A stretch of 63,408 nt of DNA, the filler included, from Phoronis australis (lineage: Eukaryota > Animalia > Phoronida): the NCBI GenBank assembly GCA_002633005.1. It is 4 parts of 4 records of this genome, joined end to end, with 100 filler letters (N's around TTAATTAATTAA, not from the genome) between each part and the next. Parts side by side here need not be neighbours in the genome. Positions count along the whole stretch, not along the records: positions 32,784 to 56,004 come from NMRA01000318.1; 3 more parts are not named here. One strand, 5' to 3'. A program made the translations under genes and the position numbers. Positions 37,735 through 50,428 of this stretch are shown here, piece by piece. The notes below the pieces were generated by a model that had not been told where the DNA came from, ran no database searches, and saw only the letters and a program-made list of their open reading frames with translations. How positions within the stretch are numbered: position 1 is the stretch's first letter; each line of letters opens with the position of its first letter.

Positions 37735-38809
37735 CTGCAAGGAAAACCAAGTCATGAAACTATGTTCTACAAAACTTTCTGAAACATAGGAAAAATCTTC
37801 CACGGCGTAAGTCACGCTTACAGAGTACAAGTGGGGTATGTTTATGCAGCCTCGATTTTGAGAGCCCTTAAGACATGGTGAAATGCCTGCCGACCGGTGA
37901 ATGACACTGTCAACTGAAATTGAGATTGCGTGGAAATGGGGCAATATTAAGATGTTGACTGCGATGCTGGCCGTTTTCGGTGTCGCAACAGTCGAGTTAA
38001 TGTTTGATGTCATAGCTGAGATGATATTTATCGTACATGTAGGTTTCGGGGTCTTTTCGTACATCAAAACAGTAATATTAATATCCAGAATGTTTCCTAA
38101 GAGGTTAGTCGGTGACAGTCAATGCTCAATTTTCGGAGTGTGAACTGAGTGAAGGTTAAATTGAGTTCAGGTTACAATCCAAAGAGGTCGTTTCAACTCG
38201 CCATCCTGTGTTTATGCCATTTCTGTACACCCTGTGTCGTGAGGTAATCTATTATACGGTGACATATGAACATACTAATTTATATATAAATAGTTTCGCA
38301 AAACGAAGCTTTCTCGAGATTGTAATGCTAACCGGTCCTAGGATGGTTTCAGGCATCCTGGATGACATGATGTTATTCGCAAATTTGTAGTTCATTTGCA
38401 TATTCACAATCGATATATCATCTATGACTTTCACGAAGAGAAGCTGTGCATGTGTGCATTCATCTGACCTATGGCTTTTAGGCTGTGTTCCGACTGGCCG
38501 GCCAGTCAATCGGGATACTCATTCCACTGCGTGGGCACGTAATTTGAACATGAGACAACAATTAATGGTCCCAAAATTGCACTAAATGATTCTTAGAACA
38601 AAGCTTTTTATTGAATATCACCCTGATGTGTGAATTGCAAAATTCTTGATGAAAGATAAGTTTTGCACCCATTGACCTTTAACCTTAAAATGAGTTCAGT
38701 TGTTTCAATCCGTATGTTGTCTAGATGCACCTGGCGCCTAACTGTGTACCATCTTGCAGGATGAGAAGCTTTTCAAAGGAATGTCAGCTTTTTGACTTTC
38801 CGAGTGTCG

Positions 38810-41800
38810 TGTGCGCGTGCAAGCGCAGATGCCTGTTGTTCCTGGGTTTTAATTAAATTTGTTCTTCTTATTCTCATTCTTCTTCCGACCAATTTGAGGC
38901 TTAATAACTCCAAATTGGGTGCAGGTACGTTCTTTAAATTCAGCATATGATTTTTGACAGTACGTAAATTTTAATTCGTTATGTAATCTTATTCCAAAAT
39001 GCACCGAAAGAGGTCTTTGGTCCAAAGGTGATATAACTTACAAAATGCTACTCCTTCTGCAGTTCGCTGCACAGGTATAAGTCAACAAGACAATAAAAAC
39101 GTTAATTTTCTAAGTAATCGATATATCCAATTGGATGAAACAGGTCAAAGGTCATCAGGTGCGAACTAAAATTGCGAGTTAGACAAATTCACAAGTCTGA
39201 GGTCAGTCAGTGCAACCATGGGGTCATTAGGTGCATCTTTCATCTGAAAATTTGTCCTTTTCATTCCCAAAGTACTGTGATGTGTCAATGGTTAGACAAC
39301 TGTGATTTTCGGCATCAGACACACTTTTCACGAACTTTGCAATAATGAGATTTATGGCACTCTGACATAAATCCTATTATTTGGGCAAATACCATTATAG
39401 AGCCCTTCATGCTTCATATCCAACTGCTGGTTAGTTCCTACCAAGTCCGATGGTTGCGCTGTTTGTTCTTTCTCTCCAGCTTCCTGTTGGCCCAGCCTCA
39501 AGCAACAGTACATTCACTCGTAAGTTTTCCTAATTAGACAAGTTTATACCTCTCCCGCCCTCCCTACCCGGGGTACCACAAAATTTCACGTCAACCGTTT
39601 TCTACCTTTACCACGCTCCATCCCTTTTGCCGAACAAAATCTGCTGTTGGTTATTGTTGTTTTTACAGCCACTGCTGGTACCTTCTTCAAGCCCGGAGCG
39701 TGTTACCGTCAGGCAAGAACCGACGTCATTGGCTAGCGACCAGACCTGTACTTGAGCGTCCATTACTGCAGCTTGCTTCTCTCCACCCCGGTCACAGCTC
39801 TTGGCACATACTGAGCCACAACACCACGTTTCTTACAATATCTCTTTTTATCACTCCGGCTGGTCTGCTCACTCAGCTTGTCCGGAACCTGCTTTGCAGG
39901 TTGTTATAGCCCAGTTGGCTGTTTGGTGTACCCACTTGGTACTTTATATGATATTTGCCCATTTGGCAGTTTGTACCCACTTGGTACTTGTTATTGAATT
40001 TGCCGCTTTGCTCGACCCAGTTGGTAGGCAATCGGCCAATACCCATTTGGTATTATGTACCCATTTGGTACTATGCTAACCTGTGCCACTTAGTATCCGA
40101 TACTCAGTTACACTTTGGGTATCGGAAGTTTGTGTGTGTGTTATCTCTTGTAATTCAGGAACCCATCTGGTTCCTTCTGTGAAATATTTATTTGTAGAGC
40201 TGTGACCCTCAAATTCCCAATACAACTTAAAATATTTATTATTCTTGTTGTTTTATTTGTCCCCAATAATGAGATTTATGGCACTGTGACATAAGTCCTA
40301 TTATTTGGGCAAATACCATTATAGAGCCCTTCATGCTTCATATCCAACTGCTGGTTAGTTCCTACCAAGTCCGATGGTTGCGCTGTTTGTTCTTTCTCTC
40401 CAACTTCCTGTTGGCCCAGCCTCAAGCAACAGTACATTCACTCGTAAGTTTTCCTAATTAGACAAGTTGATACCTCTCCCGCCCTCCCTACCCGGGGTAC
40501 CACAAAATTTCACGTCAACCGTTTTCTACCTTTACCACGCTCCATCCCTTTTGCCGAACAGAATCTGCTGTTGGTTATTGTTGTTTTTACAGCCACTGTT
40601 GGTACCTTCTTCAAGCCCGGAGCGTGTTACCGTCAGGCAAGAACCGACGTCATTGGCTAGCGACCAGACCTGTACTTGAGCGTCCATTACTGCAGCGTGC
40701 TTCTCTCCACCCCGGTCACAGCTTTCGGCACATACTGAGCCACAACACCACGTTCCTTACAATATCTCTTTTTATCACTCCGGCTGGTCTGCTCACTCAG
40801 CTTGTCCCGAACCTGCTTTGCAGGTTGTTATAGCCCAGTTGGCTGTTTGGTATACCCACTTGGTACTTTATATGATATTTGCCCATTTGGCAGTTTGTAC
40901 CCACTTGGTACTTGTTATTGAATTTGCCGCTTTGCTCGACCCAGTTGGTAGGTAATTTGCCAATACCCATTTGGTATTATGTACCCATTTGGTACTATGC
41001 TAACCTGTGCCACTTATTATCCGATACTCAGTTACACTTTGGGTATCGGAAATGTGTGTGTGTGTTATCTCTTGTAATTAAGGAACCCATCTGATTCCTT
41101 CTGTGAAATATTTATTTGTAGAGCTGTGACCCTGAAATTCCCAATACAACTTAAAATATTTATTATTCTTGTTGTTTTATTTGTACCCAATAATTCTCCT
41201 AAAGACGCTTATAATGCACCGGATAGGATCATTTAGTGCAAAGGTAATATAACGTTCAAAATTCTATTTCTTCAGCATTTTTCAAGGAATCTTTTTCAAA
41301 TTCTGCAAAGTGGTAAAATCCTACATGCCAATAAAATACTGTACTTGACTAAACCATAGGATCATCCAATCAGAAACAAAGGTCATTGAGTGTAAACTGA
41401 GATTTTGAGCTAGACACCTCAAATTTTAGTAGAATGTAAATGAGTTTCAATTCTTAAGTTTCATGTCATTTGGTGCAACCATGGGGTCATTAGGTGCATT
41501 TTTCATCTGAAAATTTGTCCTCTTCATTTACAAAGTACTGTGATGTGTCAACGGTTAGACAACTGTGATTTTCAACATCATACACACTTTTCACGAACTT
41601 TGCAATAATTCTCCTAAAGACGCTTATAATGCACCGGGTATGGTCATTTAGTGCAAAGGTAATATACCTCTGTAATGTTCAAAATGCTATAACTTCTGCA
41701 TTTTTCAAGGAATCTTTTTCAAATTCTGCAAAGTGGTAAAATTCTACATGCGAATAAAATACTGTACTTGACTAAGCCATAGGATCATCCAATCAGAAAC

Positions 41801-42212
41801 AAAGGTCATTGAGTGTAAACTGAGATTTTGAGCTAGACACCTCAAATTTTAGTAGAATGTAAATGAGTTTCAATTCTAAAGTTTCATGTCATTTGGTGCA
41901 ACCATGGGGTCATTAGGTGCATTTTTCTTCTGAAAATTTAACCAATTCATTCAGCTTTTTTTCTGAAGTGTTTTAATTAAGACATCACTAACCACACTTT
42001 TCATCGATTATACCCTTATTGCCTCATTGGGGCTCATAATGCACCGGAAGGGGTCAATTATTGCAAAGGTCATCAGATTATCAACATGTAATGTCTCATA
42101 CAGTTTTGAAGAATTCTTTTTCATACTGGTAAACAGGCTGTTGTAAACAACTTGGTATAACAATTCCGGTAATACGCACGCGCAGTGTTCATTTTGTCAT
42201 GCCGTGACAATA
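38810..42212 (+). mobile_element. non-autonomous Helentron/HINE (DINE-1-like) element with internal tandem repeats
   Basis: Subterminal IRs TGCGCGTGC (38812-38820) / GCACGCGCA (42176-42184); adjacent 5' mini-hairpin; CTT-rich tract near 38865-38887; ~415-bp tandem units (41194-41608, 41609-~41940, partial 39210-39345); 3' stem-loop TTGTCA-tgccg-TGACAA (42194-42210). Confidence 0.6.
39346..41189. mobile_element. two tandem 920-bp TG...CA elements (solo-LTR-like) with shared target duplication
   Basis: Copies 39346-40265 and 40270-41189 differ by about 20 substitutions (counted by eye). ATAA lies before, between and after them; an empty site TTTGCA-ATAA-TTCTCC is present at 41599-41614. Confidence 0.75.
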
Positions 42213-44195
42213 ATCTTTCGAGTGTATCACTGGTATTACGAATAGAAAAAAATGAAACTTCATCGGTGCTTAGTTGAACCTCAAAGGTAAAGGAATCTGG
42301 ATCTAGTAAAACAAGCATGTACTACTTCATTAAACATTTATCATACATCCGCACTTAATGACTCCATATGAAAGACAGCATACACGTATGCACAAACTTG
42401 GAAAGACTCATCAAAAATCACGATTGCACTTTCTGACCTTTGATCCGAAAATTTCTTTCAGTTCATCTGATCGAAATTCCGTGCAAGATGTGTATACAGT
42501 TGCATATAACTGAGCTGTTTACGGAATTGGAAGATTCAATCTCCAATAATGCATCAGCAGAAGCACTTGAATTAAGTGTGCCGGTTGACCCATCTACATG
42601 CACACGGGGGTTCTATGGTACACTTTGGGTCTTGCCAGTATTATCACTGTAGTCCAGTGCCTTAGGAGTCAAAAACCCCAAAACCATTTACATACCAGAT
42701 TAAAGCATCACACGTGGCACATAGACACTTAAGCTCATGCTGAATCTCGAGGAGGTCGGTTGCCCGAAAGTTGGGATCAAGGTCAAGGACAAATTTTGGT
42801 CAAAATGATTTTTTTGGAATTGCTTCACGCAACATATTAGCTTCGTTTCTGTTTCATATGACAAACAGGAGTACCTTTAATTTTTTTACTTGCACAAATA
42901 AGCTTAAAGCAAGAATAATTTTACCGACACTTAGTACGGTTATTATCATCATTAATAAAGCATATATGTTTTCGGATGAGAAAAAATGTCAAACTGGTAA
43001 AAAAATATGCATTAAGTCAGTTCTAGCATGACAAATCTTTAATGACTTCGTGGAAGTATTTGTGGTTAAAATGGTCAGTAATTAAGTAAAATTGGATACA
43101 CCCCCCTGAATTTCAAAGAAGATTTATTGAAACTTATGGCATCATCTTTAATTTGATCATGATAGATAATAGTATTTTAACTAACGGTTTCCATTTTAGT
43201 TGGTTAAATCACTGTGAAATTAATTAAAACAACTAATGTAATTAACGCAATTTAAGGTTTCTAGTAGGATGAACAACTAAAAACCAATCTCAAATTTTCC
43301 CTTGTTAAAAAGAAGTGTGAAATTGAGGCTTGGGCATTTTTACCAATTTTTTACTACTTGAGACAGTCCTTATGTGTTGACTTGTCACAGCATGGCATTT
43401 AATTCACCTAACATGGTCTTAACCATAATGATCTGGCAGTTGTTTGCAAGACCAAAGACTGTTTATCATCTGAATACGGAAAAAGCCGATGTCAATAGAA
43501 TATCGGTAACTGGCTGAAATCAAAATTTAAGGTTTATGGATGGAACAGGGTTTCATAACAACAGTAATTGTTCTAAGAACAATGCAACTACATCGTTTCT
43601 GGACGCTGGTTTCTTATTGATTACTGATAGTATGAACCATGTTTGAGTTTGATAAAGCAGTCAAATAGTGTCTTTTTACATTCACGCAACGGCTGCTGAA
43701 TAGCACTTGGGACATAGCAATGTTGTCTTGGATTTAATTTCCACCCTTACAGCTCTGTGATCATCAACAGTTATGATGCGATGAAGATTAAAACCAAGAG
43801 TCAAATGGCAATATTTACATTAGATCTTGTATATTTTTTCTCACTTGCAACGTCTCACGCTTGATGATACAAGCATTCAGTCAGTGGCATGGCTGCCGTT
43901 ATCAATAATTGTACCCAATGGTGGTTTTCGTTGCACTATATCTTTGGTTTTAGTGTTTCACTGCTCAATTGTATCGTAACATTTCACGGTCTGTTACCGA
44001 TGCAAGCTACACAGGTAATTCAGTGAATCCAGTAATCCAAGAGGTGTGCATTCAGAGACTAAGGAAAGTCTATGCTCGACAGCAGCTGGATTCCGTAATA
44101 AACAGATGCTTGAGAGAAGGAAAAAGCATAAAAAATTGGCACATGACTCCCAAACAGTCCCTTGTCCAATGGTCTTGTAAGACAACAAATGCTAA

Positions 44196-47008
44196 GAGAC
44201 AGTCCATATAAAAACCAGTAGATTTTCAAAAATCAGTCTATACGTCAAAATTTAAAACAACTTCATTTTTTGTACATGGGTAGGTATCCTAACATAAACC
44301 CAAATGCCAAATTTTGTGCACCCAATGACCCCTAATTTCGCCGCTGGAGCATGATAACACAAATTGGCACAATTGGGCATATTAGCCGTCTCAAAAATCG
44401 CATGTTTTCAGCAACGAAAATGAGTAACATACAAAATAGATCGAAAGCTATATTTTGGTGGCTGAAATAACCAACGTAAACTGTACATAATTCTGTGCCA
44501 TTTATTAAAATCTGACAGTTTTGTGCTAGACAGGGGAGATAATCCACAGACCAATTTTTGGGACTAATTTTAGTGGCCATTTTTGTGACCTTCTCACAGC
44601 CATAAAACACCTTGTAGCCTTATGTGACGTTTTGAACGTACAGTTAAAGAGTTAGTCGTGATGTCTGAGCAATAAAAATCTTGCCTCAACTTTGCACCTT
44701 AGTGAAAATTGTCTTGCAAATCTGTCTATTTTCATAGTTTGAAAATGACGAGCAGACTTTACAGACCATTTGAACAAACTTTTAGGCAAGAAGTCTGCTT
44801 TAAATAGTTACAGAAACCAAGTATAAACTCTTTCAAATGAAAACTAGATGTTTGCCGGGTTTATTACGCGACTACTATCAAACCTGAACCCGAAGACATT
44901 TGCCCACTGAGGGAGTCAGTTGAGGTTAAGCTTGAGGATATATAAAAAATGTACGTGTAACCTCTTGTATTATTTCATTTTTTTACATTATCAGGTTAAT
45001 TTATACACTCTGTAGAAATTTTAAATGGAAATAAATGCATTTAAGATTAAACGAGAATGAATTGATAGTTGCAATGACTGGTTTTGAGAGAAGCAAGTGC
45101 ATTTTAAAAAGACAAAATGGCGGACGATGCCGATGGGCCTTCATGTTCCTTTAGAGTTTATTCTGCAAAAAATCACAAAAGCTTTGTGCTTTAGTAAGTT
45201 ATGTCAAAGACACCACTGAACATTCGAGATACAGGAAACTACCTCACAAAGCAAGGGCTGTGCCAGAGTACGCACTCGTACTACCCAGAGTGGGTGAATT
45301 TCTGACTGAACAGGATCAGTCATGGAAGAGTCAGGTAATGCTGGATGTTACCACTCTGCTCCTCTCCTCCTCAACGTAGCAGCCTTGTCAAATTCTACCT
45401 GCATTTCTGTTTCGAGATATGACTTTAGTGAAAGTCAGAATGGAAAGGATCTCTGTGATCGCAAGATCGCTCCACTCAAACAACATGCAAAGTACTTTGT
45501 AGCCGAAGGTAACAATAACATAAAGTTTCTGGATTTGAAAGAAGCATTACTTTCCAGTGGCCATGTGAAGGGATGTTATGTGTATGCATGTTCAGTCAAT
45601 GCAACAAAATCTTTTCCAAAATACTCAGTTCCTGGTATAAGCACATTCAAAAATTCCCACTATTCCACCCAAGGAATTCGCGTGTGGAAATCATTCCATG
45701 TAGGTGACGGTAAGTTCGTACAAATACTGAGAAAATGGGAAACCTATTTCTCTAAAATACACTAACATCTCNNNNNNNNNNNNNNNNNNNNNNNNNNNNN
45801 NNNNNNNNNNNNNNNNNNNNNNNNNNNNNNNNNNNNNNNNNNNNNNNNNNNNNNNNNNNNNNNNNNNNNNNNNNNNNNNNNNNNNNNNNNNNNNNNNNNN
45901 NNNNNNNNNNNNNNNNNNNNNNNNNNNNNNNNNNNNNNNNNNNNNNNNNNNNNNNNNNNNNNNNNNNNNNNNNNNNNNNNNNNNNNNNNNNNNNNNNNNN
46001 NNNNNNNNNNNNNNNNNNNNNNNNNNNNNNNNNNNNNNNNNNNNNNNNNNNNNNNNNNNNNNNNNNNNNNNNNNNNNNNNNNNNNNNNNNNNNNNNNNNN
46101 NNNNNNNNNNNNNNNNNNNNNNNNNNNNNNNNNNNNNNNNNNNNNNNNNNNNNNNNNNNNNNNNNNNNNNNNNNNNNNNNNNNNNNNNNNNNNNNNTATA
46201 GCAAGGTCCTCGTGTTACTGCTCTTATTCTAGATGCGTCTTCAGTCTCTACGCAAACAAAAGCAGCGCCATCTACTCATTTAGAACCACGCATGCCAGTT
46301 GATTTACGTTACATATTTTTTGTAATAAGCAATAATCATCAATGCCGTTTTCAAAGAATGGTAATTGATAATGCTGTATGCCTTTTCTCCAAAATACAAG
46401 GTTTTTATGTCGTGTTTCGCAAGCTAATTATATGTTCCAAGAGCCCCCTATTGGCAGCAGGGGCAACTGAGGACATGCAAAAGGACGAAGTGCAGTTGGT
46501 GTAATGCTTCGTACGCATAAACTACATTAGAGGCAAGATTTTTTATTTTGGATTATGAACAGGTTAGGAATGACTAAACAAATTACTATAAAGTCAGTTT
46601 CAGGAAAGGTGCGTTATGGCTTCTACAGAGTGCCAAATTTGGCTGAAAATGGCTGCAGTGAAAACCTCAAAAATAGCCGTTTTGCCTCACAAATTCAAAA
46701 CGTACAAATTTAAAAATGGATTTTGAAAGTTATGCCATTAAGTTATTCAGCCACTGCGCTTTCAATTCGTATTATTCATTTGTTTTGACCTTACCACACA
46801 TGCTAGTAAAATGCATTCAAACATGCCTACTTCGACGCCCAATTTTGTTGCAAAATGAAGGTACAGGTCATAAAAAGAAAAATAATGAATGAACATTCTT
46901 AAAAAGTGAGGTTTTTCTACATCTCAACAAACCAATGTCATGTGCTAAGTTTCAAAAAAATCGGTGATTTTGGGTATAGACTCTACCTGTTTTTATATGG
47001 AGTCACTC
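44196..47008 (+). mobile_element. Sola3-like DNA transposon remnant
   Basis: Termini (ctaa)GAGACAGTCCATATAAAAAC... and ...GTTTTTATATGGAGTCACTC(ttaa); internal ORF 45322-45765 has transposase motifs SGNAGCYH...RYDFSESQNGKDLCDR...IRVWKSFHVGDGK; the element spans an N-gap. Confidence 0.65.
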
Positions 47009-48539
47009 TTAAGTGGTCTATCACTTCTTCAGTGAACACTTGACATTATGTTTAAAGTTATTTTTGCACAGTAGCTTGACGAGGATATAGACTGTAATCA
47101 ATACTTAAGAACATTGCAATATTTTTCATCTGATTCGTTTACCGTGCAGTATATACGTTTTACATTTTACTTTGATGTGAGTAAACCAACGATACTTAAT
47201 CAATGTTTGCCTACATTTGACTTCAAGAACACAGACCTAGTAGCTGCTTTGTAAGTAAGGTCATCATGCATAGCATGCATTGCGAATTTTTGTCCCACCA
47301 GTGGCCGACCGGTCATCCATAAGCCAACTGACAACGGTCGGCTAGGAGCCATCGGCGGTTTGGTCGGCAAGTTGGTCGCCAAATCGACAGACTTGCGGGT
47401 CTTCAGACGGCAATTACCCTTTTCTGGCTTACCGAGTGGGTTAAAAAGAAACAAGGCGACAATTTTGCTGTTCGTTCTCTAGTGGCCACTCTTGTGAACT
47501 CGATAATGATCGACTCTCTTGACTGAAGGAATTTACGAGTTCCGTGGAATTAATATTTCCACGAATTACAGACGGACTGGTAAAATCAAACGTAAAATTT
47601 TGCCGGTGAAAATACATCATGTCGAACTCGGGCCATGAAATATATTTTGCGTACAACATTGTAGAAACGCTGGAATGTTACACTAACTTGTATAAACATT
47701 ATAAAAGCAAAGTTTTGAGAGTCACTGCATGAGAACGTCAGGCAATTTGCAATATTATGGGAACATGAAATATCACGAATTTTAATTTTGATTTGGCGTG
47801 AATTAGCTACAAAAATATAAAAATTAGTTTTGTCTTTAGTCACTTTGTAAATGTATAACGAGTAACTAAATTGGGTGAAAAAAATGGCCAAACACGTTGT
47901 GCGTGACTGTTGAAAATCCCCTATGTTTCCATGGGAATTAAGCCACTTTGCGCGCGTTTAAAAAATAAAAATTGTATTGAGTTATACACAACTATTGTTT
48001 TTGTTATTAGAATGACAAAAATAATTCACAATGACGTAATTTTATATTTAAAAGGAAGTTTTGAATGCCTTGCCTCCACGGGCCAAAAACATCTACCAAC
48101 TTAGACCTATATAAAGGCCTATGTAATTCAAGCGCGCAAAAAGGCACACCACCCACAGCTCACGTCTTTGACTAGATATCGTTATTTCCGTGGACTGTAC
48201 CTTTTATAATTCTCGAATTAACACTTTAGCGAAGGCACTTTCACCACTTTCACCCGTTTCATACTGCCACCAATAGAGTGCGGCAAAGCAGAAAATGTGA
48301 AAAATTTGATCCAAATTGGAAGTAAATCGTAATAAAAAATCATATTAAATTTTATTCAAGACAACCAGAATTGCTTCGAGCATTCTTTTAACGAAGTATT
48401 GCGTTATTGACATTTAGCTACGAAACGGAATGAGGTTCACGAAAATAGGTCACGCTCTGAAGGAAAATGTCAAAGCCAGCGAGCCGCTGTGTTACTTACA
48501 TCAAAGATATCGTCAAATACCTGAAAAGTGTAAACGCAC

Positions 48540-49985
48540 TAGATCACTTGGAAGAATGTGAGTTGATTGGCAATCTGGCACGAATGGGAGTGTGAGAGAC
48601 AAAGGAACTGGCCAGCCTGTTAGAACAATACGTCATCTGTCTAACGCACCGTATGTGGCACTATCTAGGTTGTAAGGTGTAAGTTTGCAGCCTCAAAAAT
48701 GCAAAGGATGTTCACCACTCAAGCCCAGAGCTACGTCAACTTAATAAGTTCTCATTTAAAGGTGAGCTACGTAACAATTCGTATTATTTTCTCAGAAATT
48801 TCACCGTGGTTAGTCATACCGTCTGAGAACTAGTTTCAGCTGTGTATGAGGTCTGAAACAAAAGTAAAATATTTGATGGAATGGAATATTCTTTCATAAA
48901 AAGGACTTGTGTTCTACTGATTACAACTAAGTTACCTATTTCAACTAGAAACGTGGTTGCTTGGAAAGCATATGGATCGGAGATAGGGTGGTTTTGGAGA
49001 ATCCTGCTTCTGATTGCAAACCAGTGGAACAAGTGGTTGAGGAATGTCATGTTGAATCCTCATTGAGACCTTCCACTAGTTTCAGCAATTTAAGCCAAAG
49101 ATATTCCTGTGTCCAAAAGATAGCTGTAACAACACTTTTGCCTCTCGAAACGAACTCAAGCAGCAAGTTAGCATGGGCTAGCATGATAAACAGCCAACAG
49201 CACTTGAAGATAATCGCTAGATAGAAAGTGGGTTGCCAAAGTCACAGACATAAAGTACAAGGTGAAGTTCATGATCTAACCGCATGCTCATTGAACTGAA
49301 TTTGGTATCACAAATCCATAAATTCGGTATATAACATTTGTTGTGGATTTTAGTCACTTACTGTTCCAAGTTGACTTAATAGTCTACATGGAAATGCGCT
49401 GTGTGATGTTCTATATTACAACTCAACAAAAAGTGAAGCTGTTGTGGAACATGCTACTCAACAGCCTATGCAGCCTTGGCTTGGACATTCTCACAAATTT
49501 AGGCTGGATTTTTGTGACGTGGATTAATGTATCAATCAGACCACTCAAACAACACAACTCTATCTTATGACCTCAACATTTGGATTTCACAAACCATGGC
49601 TACCCATCCAAAAAGCATGGCTCCTGGTGTTGCATCCAGCTTTGTTACTTTAAACACTCCTCAAGCACTCTTCCCTGAGTCATGCACATGATTCTTAGTC
49701 ACGTGAGTTTTTGAACTGATTATTGGTTGCAAAAGCTGTGTTTGATTTGTGTGAAGAGGGATCAGCTTACATGTAACATATACTTTCTCATTGAGTTTTA
49801 CAATTGCAGGTGTAAAAATGCAGGCAGCTAGTACCCAAACAACAGGAGAGTCGTACAGCACAACGGGGTGGGCTCTGAAATCAGCATAAAGGTCTGAAAT
49901 AATGACTGAAAGCGTAAAGATATATTTGAATGATGCGTTCAACGAAGGCAAGAAAACTGGTGAAAAAGCGATCCAACGAGGTGTT
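48540..49985 (+). pseudogene. second Sola3-like transposase relic
   Basis: Disrupted fragments in the expected order: ECELIGNLARMG..YVICLTHR, VVAWKAYG, IFLCPKDSCNNTF..ELKQQVSMG*H, GWALKSA*R..VKIYLNDAFNEGKKTGEK. Confidence 0.55.
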
Positions 49986-50428
49986 CAAAACAAACGAGAA
50001 CTGCAGGACACAATCATGGAGCTGCTGTTTGAATATCTTGAGCTGTATCCATGTAGACCGTGATCATTTTTTGTTACTGTATTCTTGTTGTGCACCTTAT
50101 GGTGTGTCTATTGCTATGAAGTGATATTGCTAGTGAGTTTGATTCCTTGGTATTTTCTGTGAAATTACTTCTCACGCCAAGTGTCCCTTTAAGTGTCAAT
50201 TCCAGGTTATTTGTATACATTAATACATGTACACAGTACAACCCAAACGTATCCTGACAAAATAACTCGGAATTCCTCCCCATGACAGCTGGCGCAAAAT
50301 TAGAATTCGTGGTCAATGTGGTCTTCCTTTGTGACTGAAAATGAAGGGAAACAGGGAAGTTAGTATGGTGGCTAAGACATTCTGCAATTAGCTGTGGTAA
50401 TAGTTATTACCAGTCATTTTTGCATTAA

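Noticed and set aside
37504-38067. 187-aa ORF overlapping the kringle exon
   Set aside because: Alternative frame with no recognisable motifs; the kringle frame has proper splice sites.
48756-50192. TTAAAGG...CCTTTAA pair as Kolobok-type TIRs
   Set aside because: Beyond the first few bases the two ends do not match.
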